43,446 nt of DNA from a virus (Duplodnaviria; Caudoviricetes), in IMG/VR virus record IMGVR_UViG_3300005764_000032, positions 1 through 43,446 of that record. One strand, given 5' to 3'. Each line of letters begins with the position of its first letter. Position 1 is the stretch's first letter. Positions 9,201 through 17,337 of the stretch are shown one piece after another. A model generated the notes under the pieces. The model was given only the letters and a program-made list of their open reading frames with translations, had not been told where the DNA came from and searched no databases. The position numbers and the translations under genes are program-made.

Positions 9201-11128
9201 GGCTCAACTCGATGACCAACACGCTCGTTGGCCAGCGCAACGCGCTCGATCAGCTGGAGAGTATGGCCAAACGTTTCGGTATGAGTCCTGAAGAGTTTGG
9301 TCAGGAGCTGAGCAGGCTCGACCTGACCGATCCGGAGGTGGTCAACAATCTGGCTCACGTCAGTCGCGACTTCACCTTCGGTGACCGGGTCGGTGCGCTG
9401 TGGTACTTCGCCATGCTCAGCTCACCCAAGACCCACATCCGCAATATCGTCGGCAACACGCTCACGGCCCTGGGCCGACCGGCTGAGAGCGCGGCCGCCG
9501 CGGGCTGGGACCCGATTGCGCGACGCCTGCTGGGGGAGGAAGGTCCGCGTCAGCGGTATCTGGGCGAGGCCGGCCATGAAGCGTTCGGCATGGCGGCTGC
9601 GCTACCCGAAGGGGTGCGTCAGGGCTGGCGCTCGCTGCATGAAGGCTGGGTGCCCGAGCGTGCGGGTGAATACGAGCAGTTCAGTCGTGAACCATTCCGC
9701 GGGACTGCTGGCGAAGTGGCTGGTTACCCAGGCCGGGCACTGCAAGCGGAAGATACGTTCTTTCGCGCGGTTAACGAGGGCGGCTCGCTCCACGCCCTGG
9801 CCTACCGCATGGCCAAACAGCAGGGACTCAGCGGCTCCGAGCTGGCTGACGAGATCGCGCGCTTGATCAAGACGCCGACCGAGGACATGCTCAAGTCGGT
9901 GCGCGACGAGGGCAGCTATCGCGTGTTCCAGAACGAGAGCAAGTTTGCGGCCTGGCTCAACCAGGGTCGTGAGCGGGTGCCGCTGCTGCGCTACCTGTTT
10001 CCGTTCACGCGGACGCCGATCAACATCGCCAAGTACGCCGGTGAGCGCTCGCCACTTGGCTTCGCCAAGGTGCTGTGGGATTTCCGTAACGAGGCTAGTC
10101 GCGCAGACCTGCGCAAGGCTGGCTCGGGTGCGCTGTCAGACCGGCTCGGGCGAGCTTCGATCGGCTCGGCGACCTGGGGCGGGCTGTTCATGTACGCCAT
10201 GCACGACAACCTGACCGGCGCGGCGCCGAGTGATCCAACCGAGCGCGACGCGTTCTATCGCCAGGGCAAACAGCCGTACTCGTTCCGCGTACCAGGGACC
10301 GACAACTGGATCAGCTACCAGGCTGCATCGCCGTTCTCGATGCTCTTTTCTACGGCTGCAGACACCGCCGCCGCGGTCCAGAAGGGCCAGCTCGAGGGCG
10401 CAGACGCGCAGGCGATCGGCGCCGCCATGGGCGTAGCGATCGCCCACGCCATGGTCGATCAGCAGTGGACGCAGGGCTTCTCCGATGCGCTCGATGTCTT
10501 CGGTGCGGGTGGGCCAGGCACAGCCGATCCGCAGCGTGTCGCGACCTGGATCGGCAAGCAGGCTGGTGGAGTTGTGCCGGCGGTGCTGCGCGACTCCGCG
10601 CGCATGGTCGATAACGTCGTGCGCGACCCCAGCAATCCGGTCGAGTCGGTCCTGGCCAACGTGCCGTTTGCTTCGCAGAACGTACCGGCCAAGCTGAGTG
10701 CCTTTGGCCAGGAGCGGACTCGCCCCGATAGCGGGCTGACGGCCATGCTGAATGTGTTCCCGATGTCGACCGAGACGAAGAACCCGGTCGAGCAGGAGCT
10801 ACAGCGGCTCCAGGACCGCGGCTACAGCGTCGAGCCAGGCCTGGTCGGCAAGAACGTTTCGGCGCTCGATCAGCCGATCGAGTTGACCGACGAGCAGCAG
10901 CATCAGTACCAGGCCCGCTCGGGTGCGCTGAGTTACGCCCTGCTGTCGACGATGATCGGCTCCGACGAGTGGAACGCCAAGAGCGATGAGGAAAAGGCGA
11001 AGTTCGTCAATGGCGTCGTCAACGACATGCGTTCGGCGGTGCGTGAATCGATGGCGCCGCAGCTGGTACATCAGGCTGCGGAGTCGTTCTATCGCACACA
11101 ACGCCGCCGCGCTGGTGGCGGAGGTTAG
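6266..11128 (+). CDS. Large internal virion protein with SLT lytic transglycosylase and C39-like peptidase domains
   Basis: SLT motifs QESGFNP..SPAGASGIAQ, AYNAG and ETQTYV (about 6840-7180). Papain-like Cys/His motifs AACGPAA and GHYFFADG (about 7260-7700). Long helical C-terminal region. Confidence 0.85.
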   Translation: MTMLPDVDEQAWTDYQRDQARREMEQHVASFSARQMMSEQIATLPSSDALTNPLGAAPPAAPLPEPAPEPAPQPEPSPEPVAAPQLPSPSAPPPTDFGLPKPAAAPATQPQGIQDWVGQSAEAVGRAGGDVGVYLNNLRMGGDVVGSALSAALRAGASPQDFLSGLPAPPQATPPPPSAAAGAAAQPGGDLHAYARQAAQQRGLDPDIFERQIQQESGFNPAARSPAGASGIAQIVPKFHPTVDTSDPYASLDYAADLMATNLKRNGGDYSRALAAYNAGQGAVDRYDGIPPYAETQTYVKKIMAGGQPGPLGKLGELAVDAGRAIRSKVQDISQFGSPELTADEAYAACGPAAAVRFASMYGRNPTLREATDLAKQVGWNSAQGMAGISSERALMDKLGVPTKLVAGNDIQSMAREAQSGNPVTISTQGHYFFADGYDPTSGAFHVGRSGTDLRGGSEWMTPNQMATVMGPIQGALLADNPQVPAPSTADADSNPLGYLGRVKDSITSGLGEATTDLLGRIRPEVLGTSGLPASAQPIPSDVLTQPAGPSPLRTTEPPISTAPLPSLEGPAVLPSLGEAKDAVLRGDSQGALDALERAGSAAATSAPGQALAENQANPPLAGVREQIANAPVLGGALGMLRGPELLSDDEVLHSRDAQTARTMLENARQANLDRGRGDTSPITDQEVIDTARSFMVAQAVAMTHTGAGAPEPGAAAPRTALTGEQILRDAMTDLDRYPPQIVQGVREWLDQMNASPSTLGGTLQRWMAENPVETIPRMVTPSEVESTVRDLTSRARGGGGGAGYLPGGAQQGQLGLGLGEDIPQLPHGGPAPRGSEYLPEGPQPGQTVLEGFIPRDLELPKFIPDRVQQILQRSNQALEDRATPVDGAFIQQLADKAGTTTDRLERVWKPAESAANHDILRAINQALDDSVSEMGRLQEAVRSDPTSSDAVSAVVRQLTRHQALQEALERRPPEAGRRLNSMTNTLVGQRNALDQLESMAKRFGMSPEEFGQELSRLDLTDPEVVNNLAHVSRDFTFGDRVGALWYFAMLSSPKTHIRNIVGNTLTALGRPAESAAAAGWDPIARRLLGEEGPRQRYLGEAGHEAFGMAAALPEGVRQGWRSLHEGWVPERAGEYEQFSREPFRGTAGEVAGYPGRALQAEDTFFRAVNEGGSLHALAYRMAKQQGLSGSELADEIARLIKTPTEDMLKSVRDEGSYRVFQNESKFAAWLNQGRERVPLLRYLFPFTRTPINIAKYAGERSPLGFAKVLWDFRNEASRADLRKAGSGALSDRLGRASIGSATWGGLFMYAMHDNLTGAAPSDPTERDAFYRQGKQPYSFRVPGTDNWISYQAASPFSMLFSTAADTAAAVQKGQLEGADAQAIGAAMGVAIAHAMVDQQWTQGFSDALDVFGAGGPGTADPQRVATWIGKQAGGVVPAVLRDSARMVDNVVRDPSNPVESVLANVPFASQNVPAKLSAFGQERTRPDSGLTAMLNVFPMSTETKNPVEQELQRLQDRGYSVEPGLVGKNVSALDQPIELTDEQQHQYQARSGALSYALLSTMIGSDEWNAKSDEEKAKFVNGVVNDMRSAVRESMAPQLVHQAAESFYRTQRRRAGGGG

Positions 11129-11409
11129 TGCGGTGCTTGCTTGCTCCAGGCCCAGGACTGTGCCCAGTACCAGCGCTCCAGGCGCCGCAGGATGCGGTAC
11201 AGCACGTAGCACACCAGCGGGTACAGCACGATCCACACGACGATCCACCAGCTCGGCAGGCGATTCTGGGCGATCTGGACGAATGGCCACAGCCAGAACA
11301 CGAGCGAGACGACGATGACCACCGCGCCCGAGAAGATGTTCCAGGGACCGTGGCGCTTGATACGAGCTGGTCGAGCCATCAGCTCTTCCAGGGTGGGGTG
11401 ACTCTCCAT
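11125..11409 (-). CDS. Small 2-TM membrane protein inserted antisense in the late operon (moron-like)
   Basis: Two hydrophobic stretches (GAVVIVVSLVFWLWPFV and WWIVVWIVLYPLVCYVLY). It exactly fills the gap between two + genes and its stop overlaps the upstream gene's stop. Confidence 0.7.
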   Translation of the reverse strand: MESHPTLEELMARPARIKRHGPWNIFSGAVVIVVSLVFWLWPFVQIAQNRLPSWWIVVWIVLYPLVCYVLYRILRRLERWYWAQSWAWSKQAPH

Positions 11410-11455
11410 GGCGCGGAGTACTAACACATGAGCTGCTCGAGCGGAGGAATTGGCT

Positions 11456-13132
11456 ATGGCTGACGGGACGCAGACGCAGGCTCCGGCTCTGTCGCCGGCA
11501 GACCAGGCGTTTCTGGATGCGTACAACGCCGGCAAAACCGGCGGAGGGAACAGCGTCGCTGCCCCCGCCTCGCAGCAGTGGCTGCTGATGCCGCTGGCGA
11601 AGGGGCAGCAGCCGATGCCAGCCCCGGCTGGTATGCAGACGCCAGCAGCTCCGACTGGTTGGCAGTGGGTCTACAACGCCGGTTACCAGCCCAAGGCTCC
11701 AACTGCGACCAAGGACCAGGTCTTTGGCAGCCAGGACACTGGCTACTACATGCAGACGCCGACGGCGGACAACCCGTACGCCGTCTCGCTGGTGGTACCG
11801 GCTGGGGCCAAGAATCCTGACGAGGAGATCTCGAAGGCGATCGATCGCCAGAACCGCGAGGCCGAGCGCACCGAGAAGGAGCGCAACCTGGCGCTGAGCG
11901 GCAGCTACGCCACCGACCAGGAGCTGGCTGACCGCAACGTCAAGGTTCGCCAGGTCGGGGTCAACGAAGGCGACCTCCGGCGCCAGTGGGCCGTGCTCGA
12001 CGAGAACCAGCGCCAGTTCGACATCAAGCAGAAGGCCCAGGACCTCAAGGACGCCCAGGACATCCTGCAGTCGAAAGCCCAGACCGGCTACATCGACGCC
12101 CAGACGTCGCAAATTCAGCAGAACCTCGATATCGCCGGTCAGAAGCTGCCGGGCGAGCTGGCTCAGCAGCAGGCGACCAGGGCCGGCACCGAAGCCTCCA
12201 CCGCGCTGACCAGGGCGCAGATCGACAAGTACAACCAGGACCTGCAGGCGGGCAAAGCGCCAGTGCTCCAGGGCGGGCTGACTAACCCGTACCTCACGCA
12301 GGTCAATCCACTGAGCGGAGCAGTTGACCAGAGCCAGATGAACCTGGCCTATCAGCCCAAGACCCAGGCTGAGATCGCCGCTCGAGTTGGTCAGATCAAC
12401 GCCGCCGCCCAGGCCAAGCAGAACGAGCTGCTGGCCAAAGTCGACGGTCAGAATTACACCAACGAGCACGCTGTTGCCGACTTCAAGCAGTGGTGGGGCC
12501 AGAACGTCCAGCCCCAGATGGGCGCGCTCGAGGCGGCTCAGCAGGAAGCCCAGTTCGCGCGCACCACCGCCGAGCAGACTGCGCGGCAGCAGAATTACCA
12601 GACCGCGATTCAGGCCGGCAACCTGGGCGTCAACGCGTTCACGGCGATGCAGGCCAACCGGGTCGGAGCCAACTGGGACCAGGCGTCTGCGGCGGCGAGC
12701 AAGGGCGACTTCGCGGCGCTGGGTGCGATTCCGGATTCGGTCACCTACCGTGCCCCAGACATCAGCCAGACCTACCAGCAGGGGGTCATGGAGGCGCTCA
12801 AGTACATCAGCCCTACCGCTGCGCAGGCGACCGGCGCGAGCATGCCCAACTACAGCGCGATCAATATTCCGCAGGCACTGAGCCCGAACCAGTACCAGCT
12901 GTGGGGCGGGGCACCGCAACCAGCGCCTGTGCCGGCCGCGGCCGCTGTTCCAGCTCCAGCTGCTCCTATCGTCGCGCCATACGAGACCTCGGCCCAGTCG
13001 ATTGCGCGGAATCAGGCGGCTCAGGCCTCGCTGCTGCCGCCAGGTTACGCCGGCATGCCTGAGCTGGATCCGCGGTTCGCTGGCCAGCTCAATCCGTACC
13101 TCAATTCCACTTACGTCTACGGAGGCGTATGA
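11456..13132 (+). CDS. Gln-rich coiled-coil putative ejection protein
   Basis: SD GGAGGA 7 nt before ATG. Q/A-rich heptad pattern. Confidence 0.6.
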   Translation: MADGTQTQAPALSPADQAFLDAYNAGKTGGGNSVAAPASQQWLLMPLAKGQQPMPAPAGMQTPAAPTGWQWVYNAGYQPKAPTATKDQVFGSQDTGYYMQTPTADNPYAVSLVVPAGAKNPDEEISKAIDRQNREAERTEKERNLALSGSYATDQELADRNVKVRQVGVNEGDLRRQWAVLDENQRQFDIKQKAQDLKDAQDILQSKAQTGYIDAQTSQIQQNLDIAGQKLPGELAQQQATRAGTEASTALTRAQIDKYNQDLQAGKAPVLQGGLTNPYLTQVNPLSGAVDQSQMNLAYQPKTQAEIAARVGQINAAAQAKQNELLAKVDGQNYTNEHAVADFKQWWGQNVQPQMGALEAAQQEAQFARTTAEQTARQQNYQTAIQAGNLGVNAFTAMQANRVGANWDQASAAASKGDFAALGAIPDSVTYRAPDISQTYQQGVMEALKYISPTAAQATGASMPNYSAINIPQALSPNQYQLWGGAPQPAPVPAAAAVPAPAAPIVAPYETSAQSIARNQAAQASLLPPGYAGMPELDPRFAGQLNPYLNSTYVYGGV

Positions 13133-13866
13133 TGCAGCCTGTACAACCAAACACCTCTTCTGTGGACGTGAGCACGTCCGATGCAGAAGCTCCCGCTGCT
13201 GATTCGCAGCCGTCGGAAGCGCAGCCTTCGAAGTCCTGGTGGGATCGCCTGTTCGGGCGCACCGACCAGCCGGAGTCCAGCGCCGAGGCCGCCGATCAGA
13301 CAACCGAGAGTACCGCGTCGCCGACGCTTACCCTGACCCAGGAGGAGTTAGACCGTCGGATCCAGGCTGAGACCGATCGTCGCGAAGCCAAGCGCGCATC
13401 CGATACCCGGCGCCAGCAGAAGCGTGAGCTGCGGGACAAAGACCCGTTCGCGTACGCCGAAGAGGACCGTCGCGAGGAACAGGCCCAGCTCGCCACCGGG
13501 CAGCTCGAGCAGTTCGTTACCAGTGTCGGCACCGAGCACGATCGCGTGAGCATCGACCCCGTGGTCGAGGTCCTGCCCAAAGAAGAGCGTGAGCGCATTC
13601 TGGCGCTCGAGGGCGCTGGTCGAGGACTGGACGGACGCAGGCTGGTTGTGACCGAGGCCTTGAAGGCCCTGGAGAAACACTGGCGAGCCGAGGGCGCAAA
13701 AGACGCCGAAACTCGATTGCGGCGCAACCCCGCGTTTCGCAAGCAGGTCTTGTCGGAGACGCGCGGTAGCACCGTCGAGCCGGAGCTACTGCCCGCGGCT
13801 GGAGCCTCCAATGGCGCAAGTAGCGTCTCGGCGCTGTTGCGCGAGAGATACGGAATCAGGGGCTAG
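13129..13866 (+). CDS. Capsid scaffolding protein (putative)
   Basis: Acidic N-terminus, 'LTQEELDRRIQAE' coiled-coil motif, immediately upstream of the major capsid gene. Confidence 0.7.
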   Translation: MMQPVQPNTSSVDVSTSDAEAPAADSQPSEAQPSKSWWDRLFGRTDQPESSAEAADQTTESTASPTLTLTQEELDRRIQAETDRREAKRASDTRRQQKRELRDKDPFAYAEEDRREEQAQLATGQLEQFVTSVGTEHDRVSIDPVVEVLPKEERERILALEGAGRGLDGRRLVVTEALKALEKHWRAEGAKDAETRLRRNPAFRKQVLSETRGSTVEPELLPAAGASNGASSVSALLRERYGIRG

Positions 13867-13918
13867 GCACCGCTGAGCTAATCGCGACCTCGCCCCCCAT
13901 CAAGAAGGGGATACGGGG

Positions 13919-14926
13919 TTGCCGTACAACAGTATTGCTACCCGCGCCACGCCTGGCTCGGGGCCGCTCATTCCAGAAGAAGTCCAGCGCGAGATCGTCC
14001 AGTCGATCGAAGAGAAGTCCGCTGCATTGCAACTGATGCCGCATGTGCGCATGAAGCGCGCGCAGCAGCGCATCCCGGTCATGTCTCAGCTGCCGATCGC
14101 GTACTGGGTCGCCGGCGCGTCGCTGGATGCCAGAGACATCGGCATGAAGCAGACCACCTCGCTGGCGTGGGACAACGTTTACCTGAACGCCGAAGAGATG
14201 GCGGTCATCGTCCCGATCGCCAAGAACCTGCTCGACGACATGGATTACGACTTCTGGGAGCAGGTCCGGCCCAAGGTCACCGAGGCGTTCGGGGTGGCGC
14301 TCGACGAGGCCATCTTCTTCGGCGTGAACGCCCCCAGTACGTTTCCGCCCAGCATCGTCTCAGGTGCCAACTCCGCGGGCAACCTGGTCCTGGCTGGCGC
14401 GTCCACCGTCGACTACCTGGACGACGTCAACAACGCCATGGCCACGGTTGAGGCCGACGGCTTCGATGTGACCGGCTTCTGGGCCAGGCGTCAGGTCAAG
14501 GCCAAGCTACGTGGCCTGCGCGACACGACCAAGGGACTGCTGTTCCTGCCTGACACTCCGCCCAGCGCGAGCATCAACACCGGCTCGCTGTACGGCGAGA
14601 AAGTGGTGTTCTCGAACGCTGGCTTGAGCGGCTTCGCCACTGGCGCGGCCAACTACTCCATGATCATGGGCCAGTGGGACCAGTCCATGCTGGCGGTGCG
14701 CGACGACATCAGCATGGAGATGTTCGACACCGGCGTCATCACCGACAACGGCTCACCTCCGGTCATCCAGTACAACCTGCTCCAACAGGACATGGTCGCC
14801 CTGCGGGTGACCGCGCGCTTCGCCTGGGCCATCCCCAATCCGGTCAACCGTCAACAGCCGACCAAAGCTAGCCGCTATCCGTTCGCGGTGGTTCAGCAGA
14901 AGGCCTCCACCGGCGGCGAGGGCTGA
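13919..14926 (+). CDS. Major capsid protein (HK97 fold)
   Basis: Phage-capsid motifs GPLIPEEV..EI, EEMAVIVPI..LLDD, ALDEAIFFG and NLLQQDMVALRV. TTG start after a purine-rich RBS. Confidence 0.92.
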   Translation: MPYNSIATRATPGSGPLIPEEVQREIVQSIEEKSAALQLMPHVRMKRAQQRIPVMSQLPIAYWVAGASLDARDIGMKQTTSLAWDNVYLNAEEMAVIVPIAKNLLDDMDYDFWEQVRPKVTEAFGVALDEAIFFGVNAPSTFPPSIVSGANSAGNLVLAGASTVDYLDDVNNAMATVEADGFDVTGFWARRQVKAKLRGLRDTTKGLLFLPDTPPSASINTGSLYGEKVVFSNAGLSGFATGAANYSMIMGQWDQSMLAVRDDISMEMFDTGVITDNGSPPVIQYNLLQQDMVALRVTARFAWAIPNPVNRQQPTKASRYPFAVVQQKASTGGEG

Positions 14927-14930
14927 GTCC

Positions 14931-15098
14931 ATGCCCGGCGGGCGTCCTTACAAGAAGCCGGTTTCGAAGGCACAGGCACGTTTCTTCGGCTACGCAGCCG
15001 GCGGCAACGTGCCTGGCTTCAGCGCCGACGAAGCCCGAAACAAGCTCAAGGGTGTCAAGGAATCAAAGCTGCCCGAACGCAAGAAGGGTAAGAAGTGA
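14931..15098 (+). CDS. Small basic protein (55 aa)
   Basis: Translated by hand: MPGGRPYKKPVSKAQARFFG...KLPERKKGKK. TGATG-coupled to the next gene. Not in the supplied ORF track. Confidence 0.75.
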   Translation: MPGGRPYKKPVSKAQARFFGYAAGGNVPGFSADEARNKLKGVKESKLPERKKGKK

Positions 15099-15343
15099 TG
15101 GTCAAGATCCGGACGCTCGTGCCGCTCCAGCATCCTGAGACCGGCGAGCAGTTCGCGGCGGGGGTGGAGGTCGACGTCGCCGACGAGGTGGCCAGCAGCT
15201 GGCGCGCCGACGGCAAGATCTCGCTCATTGCCGACGAGCAGGCCGCGGCCAGGGCTGCCTCGGAGGGCACGTTCACAGCGCGTACAGGCCGCGTCGAAGC
15301 CAGCGAATCCGAGGAGCCGCCTCCGAAGAAAGGCAAGTCCTGA
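15098..15343 (+). CDS. Small head-associated protein, paralog 1
   Basis: Shares a G-x-E-x-D...ADE...GK-x-x-L pattern with the next two genes. Confidence 0.7.
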   Translation: MVKIRTLVPLQHPETGEQFAAGVEVDVADEVASSWRADGKISLIADEQAAARAASEGTFTARTGRVEASESEEPPPKKGKS

Positions 15344-15537
15344 TGCCCCGCCTGCGCTTCCTGGCGGCCTCTGCCGATCCGCGGCCTGACCACCCGACCA
15401 CGACTTACGGTCCTGGTCACGAGACGGACTACGTCGAGGCCGACTACGAGTACATCAAGAGCCTGCTGCTCGAGGGCAAGGCCGAGCTGCTCGACGGACC
15501 ACCGCCACCCGAGCTATTCGCGGCGCCGGCGCCATGA
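15343..15537 (+). CDS. Small head-associated protein, paralog 2
   Basis: PTTTYGPGHETD...LLEGKAELL. Translationally coupled. Confidence 0.7.
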   Translation: MPRLRFLAASADPRPDHPTTTYGPGHETDYVEADYEYIKSLLLEGKAELLDGPPPPELFAAPAP

Positions 15538-15947
15538 GTCGGGTCGTGTTCAACGCGCCGTCTCAGGACTCGGTTACCCCGACGACCTATCACGGGCCCG
15601 GACACCAGGCTGACATCGCCGACGAGGCGTATGTCCAGGCGCTGATCGCCTCGGGCAAGGCCGCGCTGATGGGGGCAGCCATCCGTGCGGTCCGGGTCGC
15701 GCCCATCGCGGCCACCACCGCTAGCGTCAACTGGGTGGTGGACCAGCCATGCACGGCCATGAAGGTCGACTACGGCACGACCACCGCCTACGGCTCGAGC
15801 CAGGCGGCCACGCCAGCCTCGGGCTCGGGGGCGATCGCAGCCAACCTGACCGGGCTCACCACAGCCACGCTCTACCACTACCGCATCTCGGTCACCGTGG
15901 GCACGTACGTGACGATGACCGTGGATGGGACCTTCACCACGGCATGA
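15534..15947 (+). CDS. Head decoration-like protein, paralog 3 fused to a fibronectin type III-like domain
   Basis: N-terminal PTTYHGPGHQAD...ASGKAAL. C-terminal ASVNW...DYGTTTAYG...LTGLTTATLYHYRI is an Fn3 signature. Confidence 0.75.
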   Translation: MSRVVFNAPSQDSVTPTTYHGPGHQADIADEAYVQALIASGKAALMGAAIRAVRVAPIAATTASVNWVVDQPCTAMKVDYGTTTAYGSSQAATPASGSGAIAANLTGLTTATLYHYRISVTVGTYVTMTVDGTFTTA

Positions 15948-16828
15948 TCACGCTGGCCGCGCTCGAGCAGGAGGTCGCGCGCCGGACCGGGCCGTTCTTC
16001 CAGGCGGCCCAGGACTCGGGTACGCCGACGTCGTCGACCACGACCAGCGCGATCATGCCCACGCTCAAGTCCAACGCCATCCTGGGCGGGCCGGAGAACC
16101 TGTGGCTAGTGCGGCGGGGGGTGCTGCTGGACGGGACGCCCACGCCCGTCCTGGTCCAGGACGTCGATCGCGCCCGCCTGGTCCAGGCCTTTGACGCCGG
16201 GGCCGGTCGGGTGATCGTCGACCGCAACTGGCGCGATCCGATGCAGCCGAACGAGCTGGCCGACTTCACTCATCTTCACCCGACCCAGGAGCTGCGCACC
16301 GCGGTCCTGGCCGGGCTGCGGCGGTGCTTCTTCCCTCAACGATTCGGGGCCACGGTCACCAGCGGCTACGGTGACATGGACCTGACCTACCAGCAGCCGT
16401 GGGTGACCGACCCTGGTCAGGTCCGGCGGGTCCAGTACGGCTACTACAAACCGATCGGCGAGGCGCCGTTCGAGGCGATCGTGCAGGACGGTCACGTCAT
16501 GCTCAGCGGGGCATGGGGGAGCTACGCTCCCTCGAGCGTCTGGGTGACCGCCCTGCGCCCGCACTGGACGTGGGTGGATGGACTGGACTCGGACACCGGC
16601 CCGACCGACGACGACGACCAGCTGGCGGTCGATCTGGACTACGCCGCCGCGGCCGGACACATCGAGGCCTGGCACCTGTTTCCAGGACGGATGTTCGCGG
16701 CTGCCGCAGGCAACCTCCAGGCGACTCAGGAGATGGCGGCCAGGGAGTTCACGCGCCAGGCCATGATCTGGAATCCGGCCGACAACCGCCAGGTTGCATT
16801 CAACGAGGTGGTCAGCTTACCGCTATGA
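15944..16828 (+). CDS. Putative head-tail adaptor (tail tubular A-like)
   Basis: Starts MITLAALEQEV, lies after the head genes, about 294 aa. Function is inferred from position. Confidence 0.5.
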   Translation: MITLAALEQEVARRTGPFFQAAQDSGTPTSSTTTSAIMPTLKSNAILGGPENLWLVRRGVLLDGTPTPVLVQDVDRARLVQAFDAGAGRVIVDRNWRDPMQPNELADFTHLHPTQELRTAVLAGLRRCFFPQRFGATVTSGYGDMDLTYQQPWVTDPGQVRRVQYGYYKPIGEAPFEAIVQDGHVMLSGAWGSYAPSSVWVTALRPHWTWVDGLDSDTGPTDDDDQLAVDLDYAAAAGHIEAWHLFPGRMFAAAAGNLQATQEMAAREFTRQAMIWNPADNRQVAFNEVVSLPL

Positions 16829-17115
16829 CGACGAAACCGCCGGTCGTCGTCAACTGGAACCCGGTGAGCACCGAGCCGCTGCCGCCGACGTGGAGCCAGG
16901 GACCTCCTGGACCTCCTGGACCGCCTGGTGAGAGCATCGTTGGGCCACCTGGACCGCAAGGTGAACCGGGCGCTGACAGCACGGTACCTGGTCCTGCTGG
17001 AACACGAGGCTCGCTATGGTACGAGGGCGCCGGACCGCCCGGCACGATCAGTGGCGCACTGCCGCAGGATCAGTACCTCGACACGACGACCGGAGACGTC
17101 TATGTCTTCAGCTGA
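16825..17115 (+). CDS. Collagen-like fibre protein (N-terminal partner)
   Basis: GPP/GPQ triplets followed by RGSLWYEGAGPP...DQYLDTTTGDVYVFS. Confidence 0.8.
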   Translation: MTTKPPVVVNWNPVSTEPLPPTWSQGPPGPPGPPGESIVGPPGPQGEPGADSTVPGPAGTRGSLWYEGAGPPGTISGALPQDQYLDTTTGDVYVFS

Positions 17116-17323
17116 GTACGAGTGCCGAAGCGCGCAGCTTGCGCAACCGCTGCGCCTGCTCGGTGGTGACTGCCCAGCGACGGATCACACCGGTCTTGCT
17201 GCGGATGGTCAGGCGAGTCGGTCGAAACCCAGCTGCAGTCCAGATGCTCCAGCGTTCGACATGGTCGGCGTGAATGCCCAGCTCGTCAGCCAGGTCTCTC
17301 AACAACACCCACTCACTTGTCAC
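17108..17323 (-). CDS. Small HTH-like protein on a 223-bp antisense insertion
   Basis: Strong SD AGGAGG 7 nt before GTG 17323. LRDLADELGIHADHV is HTH-like. Confidence 0.65.
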   Translation of the reverse strand: MTSEWVLLRDLADELGIHADHVERWSIWTAAGFRPTRLTIRSKTGVIRRWAVTTEQAQRLRKLRASALVLS

Positions 17324-17337
17324 GGCGGAACCTCCTG

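Noticed and set aside
6266-11128. Tape measure protein
   Set aside because: It lies upstream of the capsid gene, and no tail tube or tail assembly chaperone pair was recognised beside it.
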